A stretch of DNA of 61,766 bases, the filler included, from Sphacelaria rigidula (taxonomy: Eukaryota): NCBI GenBank assembly GCA_964200075.2. It is 5 parts of 5 records of this genome, joined end to end, with 100 filler letters (N's around TTAATTAATTAA, not from the genome) between each part and the next. Parts side by side here need not be neighbours in the genome. Positions count along the whole stretch, not along the records: positions 24,749 to 37,021 come from CAXNAA020003937.1; positions 37,122 to 49,394 come from CAXNAA020003938.1; 3 more parts are not named here. One strand, written 5' to 3'. The notes beneath the pieces are model-generated. The model saw only the letters and a list, made by a program, of their open reading frames with translations, did not search any database and was not told the DNA's origin. Made by a program: the position numbers and the translations under genes. Shown here in pieces: positions 25,714 to 37,843 of this stretch (position 1 is its first letter; every line of letters starts with the position of its first letter).

Positions 25714-26290
25714 AGACCACTTTGTACGGCAACCAATCCGTATTTGTAAAAATATGAGGATTTCAGCCCGTATAAATCCGATTTCCTCCCGTGGATTGAT
25801 TTTTCGGACCCTAGTCCGTTGGGCAATGTTTTTCGCCTAGCTCTGAGGAAACCAGATCAATTATCCGATTCTCTGGGCGCTGATTTTTGGTCCATCACCT
25901 TTCTGCTCAGATCGGGGGACTCCCGCATCTCCCCCGAATCTGGGGCCAAAACCTGGGGCCCAAATCAGGGGAGATGCGGGAGTCCCCCGATCTGAGCAGA
26001 AAGGTGATGGACCAAAAGTCAGCGCCCAGAGAATCGGATAATTGATCTGGTTTCCTCAGAGCTAGGCGAAAAACATTGCCCAACGGACTAGGGTCCGAAA
26101 AATCAATCCACGGGAGAACATCAGATTTAACCCTTAGACCGCGAGATTAGTCTTTCTGGATCATGCATACTTTAATCTCTTGAAAATGATGCCGATTCAA
26201 CAGAAGACTAACCTCGCGGTCTAAGGTTCAAACGGGCTGAAATCATCATATTTGTACCAATACGGATTGGTTGCCATACAACGTTGTCTC
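25714..26290. mobile_element. Long foldback element (arms ~220 bp, inner ~150 bp near-perfect)
   Basis: 25785-25935 is the reverse complement of 25966-26116 with very few mismatches. Outer arms (GGCAACCAATCCGTATT / AATACGGATTGGTTGCC) continue past an insertion. Confidence 0.85.
26131..26226. mobile_element. ~96-bp piggyBac-like MITE nested in the foldback arm
   Basis: TTAA|CCCTTAGACCGCGAGATTAGTCTTTCTG ... CAGAAGACTAACCTCGCGGTCTAAGG|TTCAA; absent from the mirror arm. Confidence 0.65.
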
Positions 26291-26755
26291 AGATCAGTAT
26301 TCCGACCCCTATGGTGAAAAATTATGCTCGGTCATGCTCCCAACTTGAAAATTATGCTCGATCATGCTTACTGCTGAAACGCTATGCTATTTATGCTACC
26401 GAGGTGGAATTATGCCAGAAATTATGCTAGCATAATAAGTAAAAGCCCACAGAATACCACGTAGCGCATGGTGTGGATAAATGTAAACTTCTTGCGTGTT
26501 GGTGGGGTAGTGGTTGCACGTACTCCGCGATGGTCTTAGTCGTTCAACGATACGTGCTGGGCCTGCCGTGTAGAAGATACTCGAACCGGTGCGCGATAGA
26601 TGTAGTGATGAATAGACCTACGGAGATGATACTGATATGGAGAATATGTTTGATGTTTCCATGATTTGATTCATCCATCTCCCCCAGCGGTGTTTGATGG
26701 TGCCTACACATCACACTGAGGGGTTCTCATGCTTATTTGTTGAGTTCTAATGATT

Positions 26756-27015
26756 GAGCAATGCCATGGTAGGGGTGCACTTTTTTCGCGAAATCATGTC
26801 TAGTTCAGGAGCTTCTCACGATTCAATATGCACAAAAGTATGGGTCAGGACATACCCGTTTTCAAATTCATTCGGGATATTCCCAGCACATTGAGGTAGT
26901 AATCCTGGCGTAGTTTCACATATTTTCTAGGTCGCGTTTTGCATGAGATAAAGGGCTCCTAGTAATTATAACCTCGGAAATTATTTGTGCACCCCTACCG
27001 TAGGTAGCATCACTC
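26756..27015. mobile_element. MITE family C, second copy
   Basis: GAGCAATGCC..GGTAGGGGTGCAC ... GTGCACCCCTACCGTAG..CATCACTC; flanks GATT/GGTT. Confidence 0.8.
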
Positions 27016-27599
27016 GGTTGTGTGTCCAGGAGTTACGTGTTTTGTGATGTTGGGAGGAGGTGCGACCATTTTTCACTGCCCAATTCCACCACTTCGATAA
27101 TCAAATCGACTTTAGCTTCTTCTAGTAAAGCTGGCACCGGCTCCCCGTAGACGAGCACTGCTACACGCCTTCGACACGAGGTTCGGTGAACTAACGGTAC
27201 GGTTACACTGATACATTCCTCATGGGATTTCTTCATGCGCTAGCGAGTGTGATACCACAGGATACCTAGTGAGAGGATACAACCGAGTTGTTGCACAGTC
27301 ATAACATGGAGCAACACGGAGACGAATACCGAGCACCCACAACATCCGCTGAGGATGAAGAACTCATTGCAACCAACTCTGACAGGAGAATTGTCGAGAT
27401 CGCGAGCCCATACGCCAGATATCGCTGCCGTCAGCCAAACTAATGCCATAGATGAAGGTGGAGAGCCACCCCCTGAAGCCAGCAGCCGGAGGAAGGATGC
27501 CCGTCTGCAGTAGCGAAGAAATCGTTCAACAGCTAACCGCCGCGCAGAGAGGTCATCAGCACCTATTACCAGTGGAGCAGGGAGCCTCATTAGGCGTGT

Positions 27600-28660
27600 T
27601 AAGAGTCCAGAAGATCAAAACAATCGACTTAAAGTGCTGAGCAAGTTTGTAAAGCCTGGAGGAGATGTACATATTAAGAAGATGAATTTTCAGGCTACAA
27701 TGCAGGCATATTTTGTGTAGAGTGAGTAACTGAGGTAATGTCCACGGACGTACCAATAAGGGTTTACAGCATACCAGATATGCAAACCAAGAAAAAACAA
27801 AGCAAAAAATGATTTCAAAACGTCGTGAATTCTCGGAGGGCATGAAATATCCTTACTTCGCAGATAATCCACGTGCCTGTGCTCCAACAAACTTCAGGCA
27901 GGTTTACCCTCGGAAGGGTGGTCAGTGTTCGAAAGGTTGTCAAACCTAGGTTGTTTTTTTATCTTCAAATGAAAAAACCTTTCGATATTTGCACAGTACT
28001 CCGTGCTGGGCATCTGCTGCGGACGCCTTCCGTTGTCACAGCTTAAGTATAGTACCCTGCAGCAGAAAAAGCAGAGCTGATGCACGAGTGGTTCAAGTTT
28101 CGGATAGAGGATGGAGAACTTCCCGTAGAATACTTCGCATGGAGATCCTCCGCGAGGAATAAGCTTACCGCCCTTGGGTTTGCACAACCCGACATAGAAG
28201 CGAACTATCATCTTGCCCATTGCCTGTCGGATTGCTGTGGAGCCCACACGAGCATCTTGCACAAAAATACAGGTTTTCAGTCCGACAAATTAGAGAGTTG
28301 GTGCACTCTGCCTGGGTAGGGATGGAGATGCGTCAGGCGAGAGACAGAGGAGGCCATGTACACGGGTCGGGGCGGCGGCAGTGAACAAGATGGTAGGGGC
28401 GGCGGTCGAGGCGGGCGTGGTAAGCTACGCCACCGTGGGAATCGGCAGCGACGCTCAGAGTCGTAGCCGCACCAACACTAGTAGCATCCGCACCAACACC
28501 AGCAGCACCTGCACCATCATCAGCAGCACTCGAATCTACATATTCAGCGTACCCTCGCCGCACCAGTTGCATGGTAAATACAACCAGTATGATCATCAAC
28601 ATCAGCAGTGCTACATCATGCCATCAGGGTGTTTTCCAAAGCAATGTGGGGTATAATCGT
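27600..28660 (+). mobile_element. Decayed Ty1/copia gag (UBN2/Retrotran_gag_2-like)
   Basis: HEWFKFRIEDGELPVEYFAWRSSARNKLTALGFAQPDIEANYHLAHCLS fits the copia gag pattern. It is followed by G/R-rich then Q/H-rich linkers; many stops. Confidence 0.55.
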
Positions 28661-28669
28661 GGTCACGTA

Positions 28670-30050
28670 CTAGTCTGAGCATGGCCCCGGTATGGAGGAT
28701 ACCAACGCCGGAGCGGCGGTGGGAATCTCACCAGCGAAAGTGTGACAGGGCCCGCCCGGCAGACCGCGGCGCCCGCGGTAGCAGGCGAAGGAGCGTGCTC
28801 GATGGGTGAGGGATAGCGGTGGCGGTGATGGCGGACGCGGTGTTACACCATTGTTGTTAACCACGCGCTGGGGTGTGTGGTTTGGCAGTGGAATGCGGAA
28901 TTGATGATATGTGAGCTACCAGTGTGAGTGTGGCAACAGAAACAGTAGTAGCGGCGTCATGTGGGGTAGTTTTGGCGGAAAACTGAGGATGACGGCCCGC
29001 CGGTGGAATTCAGCGGCGGTATCACCCGGGTGGGGGAGGGCGGAGGGGCGGCGGTGCCACCGGTGGTGGTAGCTACGGCGGGCGGAGGTATCGATGGCAG
29101 CAGGTTGGCAGGGGCGCCCCCGCGGACAAATCTTGCGGCGGTAACAGGCGGATGGCCAAGCGGGGCGGTGCCGACCCCAATAATGGTGCCATGAGGAGGT
29201 GTCGGGCTCCAGCCCGGGGGTTCGGCCGACTTCACCATCGTATATTTACCGCATTGTCAGGCGCCGAGAGGGGAGCAACAGCAGCGGCAGCAGGAGTATA
29301 TCTGCCAGGTGCAGCGGTCCCTACCGTTCTACTCATGTGGTGGCGTCCTGCCAGGGGGCCTGACCGTACTATCCATAGCGCAGCCGGGGCCGGCATAGTG
29401 AGAGGGAGATGTCCGCAGTCCACTTCATTATCCACTTTGCGAGCTTGTTCAGGAAGCACTTGAAAAAGTGGCTGGTGACTTCAATCGATATCGATACTAA
29501 TCAATGAATGCTTGTACTCCTCGCCATGTCCTGAGGGTATATAACACATGGCTCCGACGTGGTGCAAGCAACTGCCGAAAGTATTGTGAACGGCGGCCCT
29601 CGGTACATATGGGTGAACAGCATATAGAGCGCGATCGTGAATCTGAGCGACGGGAGCGATAGTGGTGATCGAAGACGGTACCCCGACGATGAATGTCGAC
29701 GAGGGTATAAAGCTACCGGGCACAATATTCTTCAGGTACGAAAACGCTTTTACGCAAGTTACCACAAGTCCGGAACTTTCACCACGTCTGGGCAAGACTT
29801 GGAGTCCTTCGTGAACAGCCATGCATCACCACAGTGTATGGGTACATGCCTTCCCGCTGTTGCCAGGACCTGGACGCCCGCAGGAAGCACGTGGGTACGT
29901 CTGACGCAGCATTCGAATACTGGGGGGGGGGGGAGGGGGGGGCTTTGGGGACAGGGTGCCCACAGTGGACTACAACGGGCGCGCATAGGCCGTCGAGCCG
30001 GGAAGGAAGACTCATCATAAGGGTGGCAGGAAGCCGGCGAGCAGAGGGGT
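28670..30050 (-). mobile_element. GC-rich, P/A-rich retrotransposon gag-like relic convergent with the previous one
   Basis: Low-complexity Pro/Gly/Ala frames and a degenerate zinc-knuckle-like CYR...H at ~28740-28785. Confidence 0.3.
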
Positions 30051-32536
30051 GGTGGAGCTTACAAGGGATAGCATAGTTGTGTACTTGCTAAGCCACACGC
30101 GTACGTTGATTAATCCGAGATCGTGCAAAGAGGTCAACGGTGTCAAAACTGCAGTTTTTTGGGGAACTGCACGTCGAGTTACGGTTGCCAGGGTCGCTGC
30201 TTCTTGCCCTCGTCCCCTTCCTCAGCGACGGGCGCGACTCTCACCGATGATACGGCCGGAGGGAATGCGGGCGCACGCCGCCTATCTCATCATGGATGGG
30301 CGGAGCTAATCCTCGGCGAACCATTCAAGGGGTGGGTCAGCGGTGTACCGTGAAAGATGCAAGGCGAATGGAGCGAGGACGGTATCGGGGGCAGCTGTTA
30401 ATAATACTCGTAGTGGGGAATTGTGCTGGAGCGACGGCGGGGCTCGAGGGTTGTGGGAGGGGGATGGAATACGGAAACCGATCCTACCAGTCGAAATTGT
30501 TGCGACAGTGGATCAGCAGGACCCCTTGGCTGCGGGTCGAAATGTTTTCATGCGGGACCCGGATTGGTGATTCGATTCTGAGTGCAGCGGGTGGGACAGA
30601 GAGGATTCGGCATCGGAAGCGGGCAACGTTTCGATTGATCGATTGATCGTTGCATGTATATGTTTGTAACATATTTCCTACTGGCGGGCAATGTTGATTG
30701 ATCGTTGCATGTCCGACTGAGAGAGAAGATATTCCCGCCAAGAGTAAAGACCAACTAAACGCGGCGCAATTACTACCTGTTCATTTTGGATACCGCCGAT
30801 GATCCAATGCGCTTTTACGCACGCATCTCACACGTTCTAACACCCCCCGCCGAAATGGAAATTTCTCGATACACAGGGCAGCTGCAGAGATGAATCAAGG
30901 TGTCTGTGTAGCTAGGACGCATGCTTATCAGTCCTTCAGTTTCTGGCGGCGCGACCTTTGTCCCAGATGAAAATATGTAGTCAAAGTGTAGATTATCTAC
31001 TGCAAATACTACACTAGCCCGACAGTCAAATAGAACTCTCTTGGTATTGGATGACGGCTAGTAGCTAGTTGTACGTGCCTGTACAGTTTGGCTGAGTGAC
31101 ATCCACCAGTCGTCAGTAATCTTCGCTCGCGTCGAATGTATGGCGGGTTTATTGGAAAATGACTTTTTCGCTTGTACAACTAGTAACATCTGCCTGAGCT
31201 GCTTTGGGAGAGGTATCCCTTGCTAGTTTGCGAGCGCTAGTGAGTGAAATTGAGCCAGACTTCAATGAAAACGTAGATTCAAAGACAAATACGGCTTTTT
31301 GTCACCCCAATTGTAGTCGTATGCCCTGTCCACTGTTTTGACTCCGTCGTATCTTCATTTTTGGGATGGTAGTTAACGCTGGGTTTGGTGTCGTCGGCGG
31401 ATAACGACGATACAGTAAGTGCATATTTAATTAACATCTAACTTTTTTGGATCGTTGCAGGTTGGATATGATTTCACGCACACGGGGTCTGTGCAGCTGA
31501 TGCCAGTAGTGTGTAGTCCATAGTAGGCAACACTGGCATATTGGCGGCGGAAAGTGCGCAAGAAACGTAGATGCACTTATATAAGCTAGTGTTTGGAGCA
31601 TCCGCAGTCGGGCTTCGAATAAGATCGCCGCTTTTAAATTTGACCCGACACCACCAATGCCGTGGTGGTAGCACCACTCCTGACAGAAGCATCGCGAGAA
31701 AAAGTCTCCGGAGTGCCTTAGCAGCGAGGGCAGGAGACCCACGGATGGCTACAATACCCCAGGTACAAGAACGCAGATACAAATATGTAGCTTCACCCCC
31801 ACGTCTAAAACATATGTGCAGGGTAGATAGGTGTAGAGTAATATAATAGTGTTTACAACTTCATGTATGTACAGTATTCGCATATCATGACGCAATCTGA
31901 CCCACCGACCTGGCGCTTTGGGTACGGGCGTCTATTCACCCCGACACTGTGACCGCCACGGTAGCTTTTTTGTTTGATTGGCATAACTTTCACTTGGAAA
32001 TTCAATGCAAGACCCAGATGAGCCACCCTGGCGGTCAAAGAACACCGCGACGTCCACCTACAATTTGGGTTCGAAATTGACGTCTTCCAAGTGACACGGG
32101 GATGTTGAGCAGTTGTATAGAAATTTGTGCAGAACCCGGACTGGCTTGCATTCATTTAAGTTTTCGCGAAGCCATTTTCGTCGCACACTGGTAAGAGCAT
32201 GCGAGTTCTACATGCCGGCAGCCACTACTGCTACGTCATACTACGCAAACATCATAATACTGTCTGCCCACGTGGTTTCGCAGCCTTGGTGCTTTGCGGC
32301 AGTGCTAGCACATCTCGAGCATGTTTTAATGTTGCACGCTCGTGTACCGTACGTAATAATGATAAAATGCTCGTACATCAAACTATCATCAGCAGCTACC
32401 TGCGCCGGTACACAACAATCATCGTTGTGTCGTCGCTCTCAAGTGTACGCAGTCTACTGTAGTCTACTCAAGTTGATTTACGGTATGCTTCTCCATCTCC
32501 AATTTCGTACAACAACAAACTATGGGAGTAGTACTG

Positions 32537-32635
<99 letters not shown>

Positions 32636-32994
32636 GTTGTGTGTTGTCGTCACATCCATTCTGGACGCTAGTCTACACCTTCCGGTATGTGTGGGCGTAC
32701 CAGCCGGGGTCACACAGGAGGGAGGTCAACACCGGAGTTTCTTCTTTTTTATTTGTTTTAGTACCCCACCTTCCTTCTGCGGTGCTTACCTTTTTTTTCT
32801 TATCGCGAGAGGGGTTCAGCAGTCCCTTTCCCTCGTCGACCGTCAAGTCGAACTTTGTGTACCCATGACATAGTCGCTCTCAACTGTTGGGCGTTGTGTG
32901 AGGAAAAATCCCAGATCGTTCCGAGAATTGAACCCACGACCCAACCGTCAGAAGAAGGTTTCGAGGCTACCAACTGAGCCACCGGGGCGACCGG
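32537..32994 (-). mobile_element. SINE family 1, full-length, tRNA-derived head with (CAA)n tail
   Basis: Minus strand starts CCGGTCGCCCCGGTGGCTCAGTTGGTAG (A-box) ... GGTTCAATTCTC (B-box). It ends in ~33 CAA units (TTG on +, 32537-32636). Further copies at 17193, 33576-34612 and 57243. Confidence 0.85.
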
Positions 32995-33619
32995 CAACTG
33001 CGTGTAGCTATTAATATCCTGAAGGCGTAAAAAGTCCCAAAATATTGAGCAGAGGGCGAAGCGCGGATTGCCCGTGTGGCCGAATGGTTGAGTGGTCGTT
33101 GCAGAAATGGGTCACATCCACACCTTGACCCCCAACTCAACCATATTGGGTCAGTTGTACTAATGGAAACACGATGGATCATTCATTCGCCATTGGATTA
33201 ATCAGAGACATGAAAAAAGTAACTCTAACCCTCAAGATTGCTATCCGAGTTATAGTACGGGAAAAACATCCTGGGTACACATGGTTAGTACGGGCAGCTT
33301 CCTCCGACGATCTGACGATCTGAGAGTCTCCCTCCTCCCAAGCTTGTCCCGTGCCTAGGAATCCCTGAACTGTTAACCGAGGGTACTGCTACGAGGCGAG
33401 CTTCACGGCCAAATGCTTAACCGTTTTGGTGCCAGATATTCTGGTGAAATATCTCTGGCGAAGCTTCATACTGTCGGTAACGCTGACGCTGCAGCTGAGA
33501 ATGCCGCTGTGTTTACGAGAGCAAGCCCCAGTGACCACTCACCGTGTATTCCGTGATCTTCGAACCCTGACTCATGTTGTTGTAATTCCATCTATTCTGG
33601 ACGCGGGTGTACACCTTTC

Positions 33620-34303
33620 AAAGAGATTATCTGACACTTTCTACGATGCCCCCCCTCCCCCCCAAAGTGCCTGGTTTGGGGAAGCGAAATCTTCACGTGA
33701 ATCGAAATGGAAAAAGCCGAGCGCAGCAAGCAGCTGGGAATTCCCACGCTTGGGTTCGTTCTCATCAATATCGCCCATATGAGGGGCTGCATGCAGCCCA
33801 AACCCAAACATCAGGCGCTGTATGGCCATTCTTTTCGTGACATTTTTGGGCTGTTTTTTTGGAGGGGGTATCGTAGAAAGTGTCATCTTCGAAGATGAGG
33901 TTGCTGTAAAATGAGGGTCAGCGCCAAAACAGTGCATTCCTTGCCCTGAAGTAATGACAAATGACTGTCACACGGACGGCCTCATACCCCCCAACTCCCT
34001 AAAAATATTTTTGGGGGTGTCCCGTCTTCCGTTCCCCTCGAGGATACGTGCGAAGGCAGCTTTTCGCCTCGGTTTCGGGGTGAAAATAGGGACGCTTATA
34101 GCCTGAAAATTATTCTTTTGCACGTACCCTTTGGGGGAACGGAAGGCGGGAAACCCTCACAAGACGTTTCAGGGAGATCGGGGAGCATGAGGTCGTCCAT
34201 ATGAAAGTAACTTGTCATGTCTTTAGGTCAGGGAAGGCGCTGAGTTGGAGTTCAACCAACCTAATTTTTTCAATGTTCTACCTCGTTTTCGAAAAATCTC
34301 TTT
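33620..34303. mobile_element. Foldback element F (AAAGAGATT...AATCTCTTT) inserted in the SINE
   Basis: After removing MITE D the two ~190-bp arms are degenerate reverse complements; flanks TTC/TTC. Confidence 0.7.
33633..33884. mobile_element. MITE family D, second copy
   Basis: GACACTTTCTACGAT...ATCGTAGAAAGTGTC, TSD ATCT/ATCT; internal sequence matches 22057-22294. Confidence 0.82.
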
Positions 34304-34949
34304 TTCGGCATATGGGGGCGCGTTAGCCGGGAAGACACAGGAGGAAGGTCAACACAAGATATCTATTTTTAATTTTGTTTGAGTCTCCAGCTTCTTTCTA
34401 CGACGCTTGCCTTATACTTCTTATCGCGAGAGGGGCTCAGCGATCCCTTTCCCTTTTCGACCCTTAACTCAAACTTTGTGTACCCAATCGATCTCCACTG
34501 TTGGGTAGTATGCGAGAAAATCTCCCAGATCGCGTGAATTCACCTAAATTCGAACGCACATCCCAGCCGTCAGAACTTTTCGAGGTTATCGATTGAGCCA
34601 CCCAGGCGACCGTTCCATGTGCATTACTGTTTTATTTATCTTCTGGCAGTGACAGAATGAGAATGGGGCTCTGGGAGTGGTGATAGAATGGCGGGCCAGA
34701 AATATATACCGACCGTCCGCCATACTCTACATCAAGATAAATATGACTGAGTAGAAGAGGATTTCGAGGCGAACGTATATGTCCTGAGATATCGATACAT
34801 TTTGGACAATTCTGGTTGCTGTAATACGTTGTGTTCGCTATATTACTTTGAGTGACGTACAATAAAGGCTGCTGCTAGGTAAACGTTTCAAGCGTCAGCG
34901 GTACGGTCGCAGGAGCCTTTCAGTTTACTGCAGTCAGTAGAGGTATCTC

Positions 34950-35460
34950 ATACTCGGCGTCCTCGCTTCCTAGTATGATCTTTGGCTGCTTCTTCCACGA
35001 AATATACCTCAGGATATCTCGAATTACGTGGAGTTATCTTAAACTTGATTCCTGCTCTGTGTAGGGACCAAAAGATCTTCAGGATTTGGTCTCTCGCCAC
35101 TGTTGTTTCTCGCGTTCGACAAGGATCAGAAGGCACTATTTTCACTTGAAAGATGAATGTGAAACCCGCAGCATCCCGTCGTACAAGTGGGGCACACTAT
35201 ACATACGGGGTGGGGTTGTGAGGCCCACGGCCTGACTTGCAGATGTTAGAGTCCGTTGTCTCAGCATCACGCTGGCCGAAACAGATGCCAGAGCAGCACC
35301 GTTGTCTACAGCAGTGTGCGTTGCCGGAGTGTTCCTTGTCACACCAAGCAACCGGACCTGACCGGCCTGTTGCTCACCACTGAAGTCTTTACCCTCGCCT
35401 CCTCCATAGTCAACGATGCTTTACTACTGGTCTTATTTGAGATGGGTACGCCTTGTGTGC
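34950..35460 (-). mobile_element. Possible gypsy-like gag/aspartic protease relic
   Basis: TAVDNGAALASVSA resembles a retropepsin D(T/S)GA motif, preceded by a degenerate GCLV Cys motif; heavily decayed. Confidence 0.25.
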
Positions 35461-36364
35461 TATGAAGCAACAAGCAACTTCAATTGTGTGTCAACGCCAA
35501 GAGCATATGGCACGGGAACCGACCTCATTCCACGGACAAGTCAATCGTGGGGGGCAATGGGGGAAACGAGTGAGGCTGTAGCTCGTGGTTAGAACGTCCG
35601 TGCACTATTACGAAGTTGGAAAAATGGTGGTGTGCTGCACTTTTTTGGTGGTGCTTGTCGTTTAGTACAATTTTTCAGTCTTGCACCTGAATAAATACTT
35701 TTGCTAGATCAGAAGCGAATCCTCGTTTTCGGAACGGGTGCGAAATCGAAACGTCGCATATGGCCGCGGATCAGTTTCTCGCAGGTAACTCTGGGTCGAC
35801 CAAGACTTTGGTGGAACACGTGTGCTTTTCCTTTATTGAAAGCTTGCGAACAGAAGACAAAGATATGATTTTGTTCCAGCGGCGATTGGGATTAGCGACG
35901 GCGCCAAACCAAGAGAGAGAGACGATGACTTTGTCTCTTTCTGTATCCTACACTTGAGGCCTCTGTGTGCTGTCATCAGTCAGCATTGGGGCGTGGGACA
36001 CAAGGAGCAGGCTGCTAGGAGAACATCTTCTGTACAACCAGAATAGTACTGGGCGCCTGCAGGTAGATGCGTCCCAAGTCCTCCCTACCCGCTCTAACAT
36101 GCACAATGATCTGCAGAGGTCGGAATCTTCATATATAATCGTTTGATGCAAAAACACTATAGTTGTTGTACTGTACCGAGATGCGCAGCGAGCGAACATG
36201 CTAGGAGCTGTCCGGTAATCCTTCACTTAGACAATCTCGGGCAGAAGGCAGGGCGGGACCGATACCTCCAAGGGACTGCGGCCATACATGGAGGAACATA
36301 TCCTGTGGTCGATACTCTCAAACCGCACACCCGTTTAACCTTGCAGTGTTCTCTGTATTGCATT

Positions 36365-36440
36365 TTGGTTGTACTGTATTGTACTGTGTTGTGCTGAACT
36401 GTATTGTGCTGCACTGTGCCGTACTGTGCTGTACTGACCT
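36365..36440. repeat. Pentanucleotide (CTGTA/CTGTG)n microsatellite
   Basis: Degenerate tandem GTACT/GTGCT units. Confidence 0.75.
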
Positions 36441-37021
36441 TGCAAATTCGTTACAACCAATTACTCTACTGTAGTAAACCTTTCTCCACGTCTAGTTCGG
36501 TTTCCGAAGTGTTAGCTATCAGTAAGTCAAACAGACCATTGTATCTCGAAATCATTTTCAAAAATACGATATTTGAACTTTTGAGCCCAAACAGTTGTAT
36601 TAAACTGAACTAGGTGTGTGCGCCGGTGACCGAAAGAAAACGAGAAAAAATATGTTCTCTCAGACTAGCAGTCAATAATATCAGAATGATTTGAGATATT
36701 ATCCGTGCCACATCCATAAGCCGTAAGTGTTCACAATTGAAATTATGGGAACAATTAAGATTCAAATGTCTTGCGAAACCTCTCCCGCAAAGAGCCGAAT
36801 CGACATGCATGACTCCAGTCTGGACCACTACACGCAATGCCTTCTGCCCGAGATTGTCTAAGACGGTGTCTTATCAAATTGTTTTCGACTCGAAAACGTA
36901 CGGTGGAATCGAATTCGCTCGTTTCTGATTCGTCCACGCTGTTCATTTTCTCACATGGTTGACAACATGAATGCCGTGGACGTATCAGGTACGCGCAAAT
37001 TTGATTCCACCGTGCGTTTTC

Positions 37022-37121
37022 NNNNNNNNNNNNNNNNNNNNNNNNNNNNNNNNNNNNNNNNNNNNTTAATTAATTAANNNNNNNNNNNNNNNNNNNNNNN
37101 NNNNNNNNNNNNNNNNNNNNN
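37022..37121. other. Artificial contig linker
   Basis: N44-TTAATTAATTAA-N44. Confidence 0.97.
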
Positions 37122-37260
37122 GAGTACGCAGTACAACACTCATGCAAAAAATGACCGTCTGTGTACAGAACTGTTTCACAAATCTGTGATACTGTACCGT
37201 TTGTGCCATAGAACTCGGGGTCCCAAAAAATCGGGATTCGTTTGCCATGAAAGTGGGTCT
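37122..37260. repeat. Dispersed repeat also at 41653-41860 (direct) and 40890-40985 (inverted part)
   Basis: GAGTACGCAGTAC..CATGCA.AAAATGA..GTCTGTGTACAGAACTGTTTCACAAATCTG shared. Confidence 0.75.
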
Positions 37261-37843
37261 TACGAGTACGGTCAGGCGGTGCTCAATTTCAGGAGTTGAG
37301 ACGCTGAAATTTTACCGCGACATTTTTATCAGCGAGCGCAACATTTCTGGGGATGCCCAAGGGATGCCAGGAAAAAAACAACAGAAAGTTAAAGCGAGTT
37401 GGAATTTCAGCAAAAACTCGAAAAAATGTTACAAGTCTGTGGGGGGAAAAAAACGGGGGCGGTCGGTACGTACTTGCGAGGAGGAGATACTGATAATTTT
37501 TCGGCCCATAAAATCTCAAATTGGGCCCAGCCTGGCACTCCTCGTGTAACACCGCTGCGCCCCGGTGGTCGAACTGATACACAAGCCTCCCATTGGACGG
37601 GTCACGAGTTTGAAGCCCGACACGACCATTTTCCCCCGCACAATTTGACGGAATTTCTTTTGTGCATGATCCTGCACTTTCCCCCTCCTCTTATCACGTG
37701 GTTCCCGTGGTAAAGTTCACTTTTCATACGGAGCAATCTCCTTTCAGTGAAAAAGGTGATCGCTGCATTTTCGTCCGAGCTCCTGTCCGAAAAATGTGTG
37801 AAGTGTCTTTGTCGACTCAGTGTGGCTTTGGTGTTTCTCCAAG

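Larger units (their letters stand above)
33576..34612 (-). mobile_element. SINE family 1 copy split by nested insertions (33576-33619 and 34304-34612)
   Basis: TACACCTTTC|...|GGCATATGGGGGCGCG rejoins to match TACACCTTCCGGTATGTGTGGGCG of the intact copy. Confidence 0.75.

Noticed and set aside
30900..31800. Spliced gene or transposase fragment near the centre of segment 3
   Set aside because: Splice-like signals exist (gtaagt 31415, ttgcag 31460) but all frames are interrupted and I could not recognise any motif
32113..32868. 251-aa ORF with poly-Leu / 81-aa poly-Thr ORF
   Set aside because: Produced by the (TTG)n SINE tail and SINE body
32900..32994. Functional tRNA gene (also 20565-20635, 57243-57320)
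   Set aside because: A/B boxes are present but there is no complete cloverleaf, and each head is attached to a dispersed SINE body
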